A stretch of DNA of 64,000 bases, from positions 2,454 through 66,453 of the forward strand of contig CAJUPP010000010.1 in NCBI GenBank assembly GCA_910588325.1, in the 5' to 3' direction. A program made the position numbers and the translations under genes. Source of the DNA: an uncultured Hungatella sp. Its GTDB lineage: Bacteria > Bacillota > Clostridia > Lachnospirales > Lachnospiraceae. The notes under the pieces are model-generated. The model had not been told where the DNA came from and made no database searches. It saw nothing but the letters and a program-made list of their open reading frames with translations. This document shows, piece after piece, positions 18,385-27,695 of this stretch. Every line of letters begins with the position of its first letter. Position 1 is the stretch's first letter.

Positions 18385-19059
18385 TCAAATAATATAATCA
18401 GGATATCTCTTCACAATTTCTGTCTTGTCATACAAGTAGCGTGATAAATGTTTGTCCATAATAGCAAATGCTTCCTCCCTGTTCTGGGCACGGACAGCAT
18501 TCAAAATCTCTATATGGTCGTTTACCGTCTGCAAATCCACAATAACCAGAAGTGAAAGATACCGAATCCGGTCAAAGGGAATACGTATATCCTCCAGATA
18601 CTCATATACATGTTCCTTTTTTGCCATCTTAAACAGAAGCCGATGAAATTCATCATCCAGTTCCAACAGTCTGCTCTGATTTGACATCATTAAATATTTC
18701 TTCTGAAGACGAAGGTTCTCTTCCATTTCCCCCAGATCCGGCAGCTTTTCCAACTGACAACAAATCTCCACAATCGCCCTCTCCAAAACTCTTCTGGCAA
18801 AATTAGATTCCTCAACCAAAGCATAATCAATCTTTGTCACTCTGCTGCCTTTCTTAGGCAGCACCTCAATCAGATCAATCTTTGACAGTTCCACCAGCGC
18901 CTCCCTGACCGGAGTCCGTGAAACTTGCAGTTCTTCCGTCAAAGTATTCTCTGACAGCATTTCACCAGGCTTTAAAGCGCACTCAATAATGTTCTTCTTC
19001 AACACCCGAAGAACATACTCCCTTGCTCCTTCTCCATAAAGCCTTTCTAAAACGTGCAT
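18385..19059 (-). CDS. GntR family (FadR/FCD-type) transcriptional regulator
   Basis: Winged HTH L.ENTLTEELQVSRTPVREAL..L....LIEVLPKKG..V, followed by an all-helical C-terminal domain. Likely start is ATG at 19059 after GCGGAGGGG. Confidence 0.85.
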   Translation of the reverse strand: MHVLERLYGEGAREYVLRVLKKNIIECALKPGEMLSENTLTEELQVSRTPVREALVELSKIDLIEVLPKKGSRVTKIDYALVEESNFARRVLERAIVEICCQLEKLPDLGEMEENLRLQKKYLMMSNQSRLLELDDEFHRLLFKMAKKEHVYEYLEDIRIPFDRIRYLSLLVIVDLQTVNDHIEILNAVRAQNREEAFAIMDKHLSRYLYDKTEIVKRYPDYII

Positions 19060-19135
19060 AACCCCTCCGCATAAACACCTATCAATCAGCACGCAGCCTT
19101 TGCGCCGCCTGACATATGGATTCTTAAAACCTTTA

Positions 19136-20212
19136 CTATTCCAGGATATTCGCCTGCATCTGAGCCTTTACACACAGCTCCGCCGCCTTGAAAGCATGTT
19201 CCTGTGTCATGGCATTTTCCGTGCGGTTGATGCAATCCAGTATCAGCTGTCCGAAGTATGGGAATCCAACCTTTCCAGTCACTTCAAAGTGGTGTTCTCC
19301 CTCTTTATTTACCATGAATACATGATTGCTTGTCCCGTCTCCGGTTCCCACATTGATATATTTCCGAAGCTCAATATACCCTTCCGTTCCCAGAATAAAC
19401 ATTCTTCCGTCTCCCCAGGTTCCCAGGCCGTCGGGCGTAAACCAGTCCACACGGAAATACATGGTAGTTCCGTTGTCACCTACCAGCATACAGTCGCCGA
19501 AATCGTTCAGTCCCGGATGATCCTTATGGCCATAGTTTGCAATCTGGCTCTTGACTACCGTGGCATCCTTAACATCCGCAAAGTACAAGAACTGCTCGAT
19601 CTGATGGCTTCCGATATCGCACAGAATTCCGCCGTATTTATCCTGCTCATAGAACCAGTCCGGACGGCTGTTCGGATCTCCCACCCTGTGGGGCCCCATG
19701 CCCAGAACCTGAATGACTCTTCCGATAGCACCTTCTTTAATCAGCTGTCCGGCATACACTGCGGCCTCCACATGGATTCGCTCGCTGTAGTACACCATAT
19801 ACTTTTTCCCTGTTTTTGCCACCATCTCTTTGGCCTGCTCCAGCTGCTTCAGCGTCGTAAGAGGGGCTTTGTCCGTAAAATAGTCCTTGCCCGCCTCCAT
19901 AACGCGAAGTCCCAAGGCACAGCGCTCACTGGTTATTGCAGCGCCGCACACCAGCTTCACTTCCGGATCACCCAGAACCTCCGCTTCACTGGAAGCAGCC
20001 TTTGCAGACGGAAATGCCTCCTGGAATTTCTTTACCTTCTCCGGGTCCGGATCATACACCCATTTTACTTCCGCACCTGCCTCCGTAAGACCATTGCACA
20101 TGCCATAGATGTGGCCGTGATCCAGAGCAACGGCGGCGATCTTAAATTCTCCCGGTTTTACCACTGGATCCGCCTTTCCCTTTGGTGCAAAATTCATACC
20201 ACTTACTGCCAT
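19136..20212 (-). CDS. Gfo/Idh/MocA family oxidoreductase (second paralogue-like enzyme)
   Basis: Family-typical layout: FKIAAVALDHGHIYGM N-terminal nucleotide-binding strand and FTDKAP (an EKP-like motif). Likely start is ATG at 20212 after GGAGGAAATTT; the track ORF begins at a TTG at 20284. Confidence 0.8.
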   Translation of the reverse strand: MAVSGMNFAPKGKADPVVKPGEFKIAAVALDHGHIYGMCNGLTEAGAEVKWVYDPDPEKVKKFQEAFPSAKAASSEAEVLGDPEVKLVCGAAITSERCALGLRVMEAGKDYFTDKAPLTTLKQLEQAKEMVAKTGKKYMVYYSERIHVEAAVYAGQLIKEGAIGRVIQVLGMGPHRVGDPNSRPDWFYEQDKYGGILCDIGSHQIEQFLYFADVKDATVVKSQIANYGHKDHPGLNDFGDCMLVGDNGTTMYFRVDWFTPDGLGTWGDGRMFILGTEGYIELRKYINVGTGDGTSNHVFMVNKEGEHHFEVTGKVGFPYFGQLILDCINRTENAMTQEHAFKAAELCVKAQMQANILE

Positions 20213-20356
20213 AAATTTCCTCCATTCTGCCGTATAACCGGCGGCTGCCTGAACGGCATCTTTTTTATCATTTCTTAAATGCAAAACAAGGACTCCGACT
20301 GGCCGGGCTCTCGCGCCAAAGCGCGTCTGCGTCAGCAGATATTTCCTTTAAGCGCG

Positions 20357-20369
20357 GAGACATTGTCTC
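20357..20369. promoter_or_regulatory. 13-bp perfect palindrome GAGACA-N-TGTCTC, candidate operator
   Basis: Read directly. It lies ~150 nt upstream of the oxidoreductase-GntR-oxidoreductase-GH3 gene string and just downstream of the SBP terminator. Confidence 0.25.
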
Positions 20370-20381
20370 ATTCTCATAAAG

Positions 20382-20438
20382 GAAAAATGCCTGCTTCTGC
20401 CTCTTCTGCTTTATATATCAGAAGAACCGGAGCAGGCA
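20382..20438 (-). terminator. intrinsic terminator after the 562-aa SBP gene
   Basis: Minus strand GCCTGCT..TTCTTCTG-loop-CAGAAGA..AGCAGGC followed by ATTTTTCC. Confidence 0.6.
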
Positions 20439-20543
20439 CTTAAAGTTTGTTTTATTCTGCTTTCTCACAGGCCGGCACAGTTTTGTACACAAACGGCCTG
20501 ACAATCATAAAATCATTTTCAGCAAATAGTATTCTCCAAACTT

Positions 20544-22232
20544 TTAGCTTCCATATACCTCGTCAAAATGTGCGGTTCTCTCGGCAATAACATCCTCGAT
20601 ACCGGCCTTCTTAGCTTCTTCAATCCACTCATCATAGATGCCGTCCATCTGATCCGGTGCACAGGTGATACACTGTACCAGATATTTGGATCTGAGAAGA
20701 AGGAAATCATCCGTCAACTCTGTCTGTTTCTCAGATGTAAAGGTTGGCTTGTGAATGATCTGTCCAGCCAGAGAATTCTCATAGTTGGCAACCACATCAT
20801 CATAATAGATTGGATTCTCGGCAGCAGTACACTTATTAAAGTCATCAACCGTTGCAAAATAGCCCTGGTTACCTACCAGGAACATGTCGGTACGAATCCA
20901 GTCTTTGTCTGTTGCATTGTAAGCTGCATCGATAACAATCGGGATTCCCTCGTCATCCAGCTTGTAGTTCTCATCTTCAAAACCGTGGTACAATACGAAA
21001 CCGCCGTCCGTAGTTGCCATCCAGTCAAGATACGTCATAGCAGCCTCAACCTTTTCCTCAGTTGCTGTCTTCGGACACATGATAATCAAGCCGCCCTGGG
21101 CATAAGCATCTGCATACTGTTTTCCGTCATGTACATTCTTTAAGTTAGGAATAGACACAAACTTTGCTGTTGGAGTGTTCTCTCTCAAAGTCGTCTCCGG
21201 TGAATTTCTCAGCGGATCCACATTGTAGTTAACATTGGACTCATAAAATGCCAGCTGGCTGTTAACAATCTTCTGAACAAAGGTCTCTGTTGTGTTGGTA
21301 TAGAATTCCTGATCCATAACGCCGTTGTTGTAGCATTTATTCAGGAAACGTACATACTCTCTGAAACCTGGGTCATAGTAGAAATCAAATCCGTCCGCAA
21401 TATCTAACTGCTTCTGGTCGCCTTCCAGCTGTGAAAATGCCATGGACATGTTATTTCTGTAACCAGTACCGGTATTGGTAGACTCCAGCCCCCAGAAATA
21501 TCCGCCGATTACATTAGTAAGTCCATCCGGATTATTCTTAACACTTGCCTCAAGGAAATCATACAGTTCATCCGGAGTGGTAGGAGTATCCATTCCTAAT
21601 GCATCTAACCAGTCCTGGCGAACAAATAAGTTGGAGTTGGCAGTTGTCGCACGTCTTGCAACAATTCCGTACAGGACATCCTGTCCCCGTCCAATATCAA
21701 TAACATCTTCTCCCAAATATGCCTTTAAATTCTTAGCCTGATCCTCACCGTCAATAAATGGACTTAAATCCCAGATACCGCCGTCTCTGTAATAATCCTC
21801 TGCATAAGAGTAGGTGTAGGTGAGAGTGATATCCGGAGCTGTACCGGAAGCCATCATGGTCTGCATCTTGGTGATCTCGTCGGAACGGGGAACTGCAATG
21901 AATTCCAGATTGATTCCGACTTTGTTCATCTGCTCCTGTGCATATTTGGTCCACTTGTTATCAAGAATCGTGTTGCCTTCCGGAGCGTTGCTTCGGTCAA
22001 ACAGCTCCACTGTAATGGTTACATTGTCAAACTGCTTGTCGCCGTATGTAGTCTTGTATCCACTGTCTCCGCTTTCGCTTTCGCTTTCGCTTCCACTTCC
22101 ACTTCCACTTCCACTTCCACCACCAGAGCTTCCTGCCCCCCCGGCGTTGCTGGAATCGCCTGAGCCGCCACAGGCTGTCAGCAATGACATTGTCATAGCT
22201 GCTGTCAGTACACATGCTAAAATTTTTTTCAT
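20544..22232 (-). CDS. large extracellular solute-binding lipoprotein (LplA-like, carbohydrate ABC importer)
   Basis: 562 aa. Lipobox LLTAC-GG, a G/S/E-rich linker, then an SBP family-1-like body. GGAG RBS. Confidence 0.85.
   Translation of the reverse strand: MKKILACVLTAAMTMSLLTACGGSGDSSNAGGAGSSGGGSGSGSGSGSESESESGDSGYKTTYGDKQFDNVTITVELFDRSNAPEGNTILDNKWTKYAQEQMNKVGINLEFIAVPRSDEITKMQTMMASGTAPDITLTYTYSYAEDYYRDGGIWDLSPFIDGEDQAKNLKAYLGEDVIDIGRGQDVLYGIVARRATTANSNLFVRQDWLDALGMDTPTTPDELYDFLEASVKNNPDGLTNVIGGYFWGLESTNTGTGYRNNMSMAFSQLEGDQKQLDIADGFDFYYDPGFREYVRFLNKCYNNGVMDQEFYTNTTETFVQKIVNSQLAFYESNVNYNVDPLRNSPETTLRENTPTAKFVSIPNLKNVHDGKQYADAYAQGGLIIMCPKTATEEKVEAAMTYLDWMATTDGGFVLYHGFEDENYKLDDEGIPIVIDAAYNATDKDWIRTDMFLVGNQGYFATVDDFNKCTAAENPIYYDDVVANYENSLAGQIIHKPTFTSEKQTELTDDFLLLRSKYLVQCITCAPDQMDGIYDEWIEEAKKAGIEDVIAERTAHFDEVYGS
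22071..22124. repeat. hexanucleotide tandem repeat tract in the SBP linker
   Basis: (gctttc)x3, gcttcc, (acttcc)x4, accacc read directly. Encodes GG-SGSGSGSGS-ESESES on the minus strand. Confidence 0.85.
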
Positions 22233-22280
22233 TTTTCCACTCCTTTTCTTTTTATTAACAGCATTCCGCTGTGATAAACA

Positions 22281-23174
22281 TTAACCCTTTACAGAACCAA
22301 GCATAACGCCTTTTACAAAATACTTCTGCAACCATGGATACACGCAGATAATCGGCAGGGTAGCCACAACCACGCAGCACATCTTCAAGGACTGGGACAT
22401 AACCTGGGTACCGATACCCTCGCCGTTGCCGCCTGCATTGGCTAACTCATCTGCAAACAGCAGGTTTCTCAGACGAAGCTGCAGCGTAAATTTATCCGGA
22501 GATGTGATATAAATCAAAGCGTCAAAGTAGCTGTTCCAGTAGTTAACCGCATAGAACAGACCGATGGTTGCAATAATCGGAACAGACAGAGGCAGAATAA
22601 TCTTAAACAGGATCTGCATCTCATTGGCCCCATCGATTCTCGCCGCCTCTTCAAGTTCCGTAGGAAGCTGTCTGAAGAAGGTTCTCATAACAATGAAGTT
22701 AAATACGTTAACTGCCTGCGGAATAAACAGAGAAGTCAGGCTGTCATACATGCCAAGTCCCTTTACCACCAGGAAAGTAGGGATGATACCGCCGCTGAAG
22801 TACATGGTAAACAGAATCAGTCCTGACAGAAGTCCCTTGCCGGGAAGATAATCTCTGGACAAGGAATATGCTGCCGCGATTGTCAGGATCAAACCGATGA
22901 CGGTACCCATGATCGTAGTAAATATAGTCACCCACATGGCGCTCCATATCTGGGAGTTCTTCATAATGGTCTGATAAGCTGTTAACGAAATATCAATCGG
23001 ATAGAAAGTAACCTTTCCGGATAACACCGCATTGTAGCCGGAAAACGAATACGCAACTACGTTCAGGAAAGGATACAGACAGATAAATGCAAGCACTGTC
23101 AGAAAAAAGTAATTCAAAAACTTTCCAATTGTGAATTTATTTTTCTTTTTGTTCATGGTTGACTCTTGTGCCAT
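22281..23174 (-). CDS. carbohydrate ABC transporter permease (LplC-like)
   Basis: Six-TM MalG-type permease with an EAA-loop region (LEEAARIDGANEMQILFKIILP). Likely start is ATG at 23174, 8 nt after GGAGG and right after the upstream stop. Confidence 0.85.
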   Translation of the reverse strand: MAQESTMNKKKNKFTIGKFLNYFFLTVLAFICLYPFLNVVAYSFSGYNAVLSGKVTFYPIDISLTAYQTIMKNSQIWSAMWVTIFTTIMGTVIGLILTIAAAYSLSRDYLPGKGLLSGLILFTMYFSGGIIPTFLVVKGLGMYDSLTSLFIPQAVNVFNFIVMRTFFRQLPTELEEAARIDGANEMQILFKIILPLSVPIIATIGLFYAVNYWNSYFDALIYITSPDKFTLQLRLRNLLFADELANAGGNGEGIGTQVMSQSLKMCCVVVATLPIICVYPWLQKYFVKGVMLGSVKG

Positions 23175-23190
23175 CTTTCTTCCTCCTTCC

Positions 23191-24141
23191 TTAGATGATT
23201 CCCTCTTCACCGATCAGTTTTGCAAACCAGTCTGCCAGAACCAGAATTGCAATGTTAACAAGGGACTGGAACAAACCGATAGCCGTAGCATCGCTGTATT
23301 TTGCTCTCACGATACCGATTCGATAAATATACGTACTGATAACCTCGGACACGCCCATAACCTTGTCATTACCTAACAGAAGCGGTGCGTCCAGACCAAT
23401 GGTCATCATCTTGGAGATCTGAAGGATCAGCATGGTCACAACAACGGATTTGATCATCGGAAGCGTTATGTACCAGATTCTCTGAAGATTCGTGGCTCCG
23501 TCAAGGTAAGCCGCCTCATACAGAGACTCATCTACGCCTGTCAGGGCTGCCAGATAGATGATGGTTCCCCATCCAATCTCCTTCCAAACCTGCAGGATAA
23601 CATAGGTGAACATCCACCAGCCTTCGCTGCTCAGGAAAGGAATCTTGCTTCCGCCCATGGAAGAGATAATGTTGTTGATGGTACCGTCATTCTGGGTAAA
23701 CAAGTTGGTAGCAATACCGGCAACAACAACCCAGGAAATAAAGTGAGGCAGATACAGAACACTCTGAGTCAGCTTCTTGAACTTCATGCCCGCAACTTCA
23801 TTCAGCATCAGGGATACGATGATGGTAAGCGGGAAATTGATAGCCAACGTCATCAGGTTCAGCACCAGCGTATTCTTGATGGCGCTCCAGAAGTTAGCAT
23901 CCGCGAACACCTTCTGAAATGTGGTAAATCCCCACCATTTGCTACCGAACATACCCTTAAAAATGTTGTAGTCCTGGAATGCGATAGTGATTCCATACAT
24001 CGGAACGTACTTGAAAACAATGAAATACACAATTACCGGAAGCAGCATCAGATACAGCCACCTGCACTTCCACATCTGGGCCATGGTCTGCTGTGTCGTA
24101 CGCTTATGCACAACCTGGCCCTGTCCTCGTTGTTTCTTCAT
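23191..24141 (-). CDS. carbohydrate ABC transporter permease (LplB-like)
   Basis: MalF-type permease with an EAA loop (YEAAYLDGATNLQRIWYITLP). RBS AAGGAGGGG. Confidence 0.85.
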   Translation of the reverse strand: MKKQRGQGQVVHKRTTQQTMAQMWKCRWLYLMLLPVIVYFIVFKYVPMYGITIAFQDYNIFKGMFGSKWWGFTTFQKVFADANFWSAIKNTLVLNLMTLAINFPLTIIVSLMLNEVAGMKFKKLTQSVLYLPHFISWVVVAGIATNLFTQNDGTINNIISSMGGSKIPFLSSEGWWMFTYVILQVWKEIGWGTIIYLAALTGVDESLYEAAYLDGATNLQRIWYITLPMIKSVVVTMLILQISKMMTIGLDAPLLLGNDKVMGVSEVISTYIYRIGIVRAKYSDATAIGLFQSLVNIAILVLADWFAKLIGEEGII

Positions 24142-24402
24142 TCTTCCCCTCCTTATAAATATTAATATGTTATATAGTTTGTGCGGAGCAGTTCACCCCA
24201 CAAAAATTAACTCTGCTGTACAAACCATACCTGTTCAGGGGTTAAACAGGAATGTGGTAAACCGTTGGTAATAATATAATAGTGCAGCTTCCGCCACGGA
24301 TAAATCCTCTGGCTTATAAACTGTCTAATATGCCAAAGGATTATTTGATTTCAAAGAAATAGTTTACAATTTTTCTTTCTTTTTTCTATTTTTGTTATGA
24401 TA

Positions 24403-24431
24403 ATCTTACTACTTGTATGCAAGTTTGTCAA
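24403..24431 (-). promoter_or_regulatory. sigma-A type promoter of the LplBCA-like transporter operon
   Basis: The minus strand reads TTGACA-N17-TAAGAT. This implies a ~255-nt untranslated leader before the permease ATG at 24141. Confidence 0.45.
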
Positions 24432-24452
24432 GAGCAGATTGGAAGATTTGCT

Positions 24453-24496
24453 ACTAACACAAACGGGAGAGGTCACAGTATCGTTTCCTCTCCCGG
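24453..24496 (-). terminator. putative intrinsic terminator after the GH2 gene
   Basis: Minus strand CGGGAGAGG-loop-CCTCTCCCG followed by TTTGTGTT. Confidence 0.45.
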
Positions 24497-24532
24497 CAGG
24501 CTCACCTGGCGCCAAACAATGAACGTCAAGTA

Positions 24533-26794
24533 TTATTCAATTACAATCTCCTCATGTGCTCCCAAAATTCCGTCTGCAAACCCATGCAAAACAATTCGGC
24601 CCGTCCCTGTAACTCTTAAAACCACAGATGCCTTTCCCTGATTCATATGCACTCTGTCAGAAGCATAGGGCTCCATATTGCACAGAAATCCATTATCCAC
24701 TCCCTCTATAACGCAAGGACCCTCTGCCGCAAAACGGACCTCACCGCTCTCTGTGGGATTTACATTTCCATCCTGATCCATTGCCGCCACCGTAAATAAA
24801 AGCTGCGCCGGCAGCTTAGCCGGAACCTCAGGCCTGTCAATAAACTCCAGGTTCGAGGATGCCCCACTGGTAACCAGCCTGTGAGTGCACACCGTCTGTC
24901 CGTCATTTATCCCCTCTGCCAGAATAGTCCCAATCTCAAGCGGAAGAAATCCTGTGATAATCCGGCTCTCACATTCTCCAGGCTTCGGAATATCAAAATA
25001 TTTCCCGTTGATTGACAGACGTACCTCCTGACAGTTTGAAAAAATCATATACGGCATAGGAAGCTTGGCAAACATGGGATAATTCCAGCAGTCCGAAAGA
25101 GGCATCTCCGACCAGGGCTCCCTTACAATCTCCATTTTCTTTGTATAATCCAGAATAGAGATATGAACCACAGGATTTTCGCTCCAATAGCTTTCCCACA
25201 GATAAGAAATCGGCTTGCGAACCAGGTTGCTCTCAATCAATGCCCCTGCCCAGCCTTTGGAAGGATATCCCATGGACTCTCCCAGATAGTCCACTCCTGC
25301 CCACAGGCATCCGCCGATAACATAGGAATTTTTCTCCACATCCATCCACGGATTTTCTGTGCTGTAATTAAAATAGTGGTCGTAGCTTCCTTTAAAAAAC
25401 AGATATACCTCTGTCCCAAGGATAAGCTTGTCTGGCATCTCTTCATGGATGGCCTCATACCACTGCTCCTGATAATTGCAGCCAATCACATCCACAATCT
25501 CCCCAATCCGTTTCACGGCCTGAACCTTATCCGAGACAGACTCTTCCACCGGCTCTCCTTCCAGACTCTGATAATGGGGAGACATAGCCACAGTTATTGG
25601 TCTGAAATCCAGATTCCTTACTTTCTGGCAAAGCTTCTCCAGAATATCCAGCATTGATTTTGCACCCTGGTCTTCAATCTCATTTCCCACACTCCACATC
25701 ACCACACTGGGACGATTTCTGTCACGCAGAATCAGATAGGATAAATCGGCCTCCCAATCGGTTTCATAAAAACGTGAATAAGCCCCCTGGATCCATTTGT
25801 CAAAGCATTCATCTAAAACATAGAATCCCATCTGGTCGCACAAGTCCATCATATCTGTAGAAACAATATTGTGGCTGGTACGGATTGCGTTGCAGCCCAT
25901 AGATTTCAGTACTTGAAGCCTTTTTTTCAGAAGCGGCCTAGTGACGGCAGCACCTACACAGCCTGCGTCATGGTGAAGGCAGACTCCTTTTAATTTCACT
26001 GGCTCTCCATTGATAAACATCCCTTTATTTGCTACAAATTCCACATGTCTAAATCCCACAGAAAGCTCCAATGTCTGTCCGGGAACCGAAATCTGCAGTC
26101 TGTAGAGATCCGGTTTTTCAGCACTCCATGGGCAGACATCCAGATTCTCTGCCACTAGCCTGCCGTTTTGCAGACTCACAGGTCCGAACACTCCCTCCAG
26201 TGCTGCAAAGACCTGTTCTCCTTTGCCGTCTGCCTCTATCACAAGGCTTCCTTTCCCATCTGCATAATCCGCCGTCAGCCTCACATCCTCGATTCCCAGA
26301 AATCTCTCGGGAACCTCCAAAAGTTCCACCTTCCGGTAAATACCGCATCCGCTGTACCAGCGGTCCGTAATGGTCACGGAATTGTCCACACGGACAGCAA
26401 TAAGGTTTTCTCCTTCTTTTATATGCTCTGTCACTTCCAGCGAAAATCCGCTGTAACCATAGCGGTGTTCTCCCAAAAGCGCCTCATTGACATATACTCT
26501 GCACCGCTCAAACACTCCGTCAAACCGAAGAAAATACCGTTTTCCTTCTCTTTTTTCCGACAGCTTCAGATGCTTCCGATACCATCCGATCCCCCACCTG
26601 TCCAAAAATCCCTGGGCCTGGGGTCCGAACTTCCACTCTGGTACAGACTCCATATCTCGTCTCAGTTCCCGCGATACCGCCCAATCATGAGGAAGCTCCA
26701 CGCGCTCCCACTTCTCATCATCAAACTCTGTCCTATGCCCATCCTGGATATCCCTCTCACAAAACAGCCAATCTCTGTACAAATCCATATTCAT
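24533..26794 (-). CDS. glycoside hydrolase family 2 (beta-galactosidase/beta-glucuronidase-like)
   Basis: 753 aa. Sugar-binding N-domain (W..V.LPHDWA) and TIM-barrel motifs NAIRTSHN and WSVGNE (acid/base Glu). Confidence 0.85.
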   Translation of the reverse strand: MNMDLYRDWLFCERDIQDGHRTEFDDEKWERVELPHDWAVSRELRRDMESVPEWKFGPQAQGFLDRWGIGWYRKHLKLSEKREGKRYFLRFDGVFERCRVYVNEALLGEHRYGYSGFSLEVTEHIKEGENLIAVRVDNSVTITDRWYSGCGIYRKVELLEVPERFLGIEDVRLTADYADGKGSLVIEADGKGEQVFAALEGVFGPVSLQNGRLVAENLDVCPWSAEKPDLYRLQISVPGQTLELSVGFRHVEFVANKGMFINGEPVKLKGVCLHHDAGCVGAAVTRPLLKKRLQVLKSMGCNAIRTSHNIVSTDMMDLCDQMGFYVLDECFDKWIQGAYSRFYETDWEADLSYLILRDRNRPSVVMWSVGNEIEDQGAKSMLDILEKLCQKVRNLDFRPITVAMSPHYQSLEGEPVEESVSDKVQAVKRIGEIVDVIGCNYQEQWYEAIHEEMPDKLILGTEVYLFFKGSYDHYFNYSTENPWMDVEKNSYVIGGCLWAGVDYLGESMGYPSKGWAGALIESNLVRKPISYLWESYWSENPVVHISILDYTKKMEIVREPWSEMPLSDCWNYPMFAKLPMPYMIFSNCQEVRLSINGKYFDIPKPGECESRIITGFLPLEIGTILAEGINDGQTVCTHRLVTSGASSNLEFIDRPEVPAKLPAQLLFTVAAMDQDGNVNPTESGEVRFAAEGPCVIEGVDNGFLCNMEPYASDRVHMNQGKASVVLRVTGTGRIVLHGFADGILGAHEEIVIE

Positions 26795-26846
26795 AACAAA
26801 TCCGTCCTCCTTGCCTCTCTACGCCTGACTCCTGACCGACACGCTC

Positions 26847-27680
26847 TCATCCCTTCACTCCTGCCGCAGCAATCCCCTCAATAAAGTATTTCTGTGCAAA
26901 CATATACAACAGCACGATAGGAATCAAAGACATGGTAGTCGCTGCCATAATCAATGTATACTCCGTTCCATTTTCCTGCTGGAACATACGGATGCCTACC
27001 TGCAGTGTAAACTTCTCCTTCTCATTTAAGAAAATCAGCGGCCCCGTAAATTCATTCCAGGAATCCAAAAACTTCAGCGTAACCAGGGTAGCCAGCGCTG
27101 ACTTTGACAGTGGAAGTACGATCTGAGACAGGATTCTGAGATCTTTGGCACCATCGATTCTGGCCGCTTCAATCAGGGAATCGGGAATACTGACAAAAAA
27201 CTGCCTCAGAAGAAATACGCCAAACGGAGAGAAGCAATGCAGCAAAATCAGTGCCGCATGGGAATTCAGCAGATTCAGATTATTCATCAACTCATACTGG
27301 GGAATCATGGTTACCTGATAAGGAATCATCATGGTTGCCAGATACAGCATGAACAAAAAATCTCTTCCCTTAAACTTAAGCTTGGCAAAGGCATACGCCG
27401 ATAAAGCACAGGTAATCACCTGTCCGAGCGTGGAGAAAACAGCAATCTTGGCTGTATTTATGTAAAATGTAACAAAGGGGATTTTCTTCAGCACATCGCC
27501 GTAATTCTTCCACATCCAGGTACTGGGAAACAGATTCATGGGAACCGCAAACAGCTCCGCCTTGGGTTTTAAAGAACCGAGCACCATCCATAAAAAGGGG
27601 AACAGCATTGCAGCCGCAATCAGAACAAGTATGATAAAAATAACAGGATAGAAAATGTATTTTTTCAGCTTCATTGACAT
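26847..27680 (-). CDS. carbohydrate ABC transporter permease (MalG-like)
   Basis: EAA loop LIEAARIDGAKDLRILSQIVLP. Likely start is ATG at 27680 or 27674, after GGAGGTGGAG. Confidence 0.85.
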   Translation of the reverse strand: MSMKLKKYIFYPVIFIILVLIAAAMLFPFLWMVLGSLKPKAELFAVPMNLFPSTWMWKNYGDVLKKIPFVTFYINTAKIAVFSTLGQVITCALSAYAFAKLKFKGRDFLFMLYLATMMIPYQVTMIPQYELMNNLNLLNSHAALILLHCFSPFGVFLLRQFFVSIPDSLIEAARIDGAKDLRILSQIVLPLSKSALATLVTLKFLDSWNEFTGPLIFLNEKEKFTLQVGIRMFQQENGTEYTLIMAATTMSLIPIVLLYMFAQKYFIEGIAAAGVKG

Positions 27681-27695
27681 CCGCACTCCACCTCC

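Noticed and set aside
19100-20278. 392-aa plus-strand ORF fully antisense to the oxidoreductase gene. Similar long mirror ORFs occur at 2741-3607, 17105-17908, 29126-30067, 41548-42108, 50144-51199, 54666-55604, 55866-56630 and 56640-57476.
   Set aside because: Every one lies in the exact codon-mirror register of a well-supported minus-strand gene (coordinate offsets are multiples of 3). In that register an antisense stop requires a sense TTA, CTA or TCA codon, and these genes largely avoid those codons. The translations are low-complexity, lack an RBS and match no family I recognise. They are shadow ORFs, not overlapping genes.
22071-22124. Possible CRISPR-like or other spaced repeat array.
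   Set aside because: The repeats are contiguous 6-nt units inside a coding linker, with no spacers. No repeat-spacer architecture is seen anywhere in the window.
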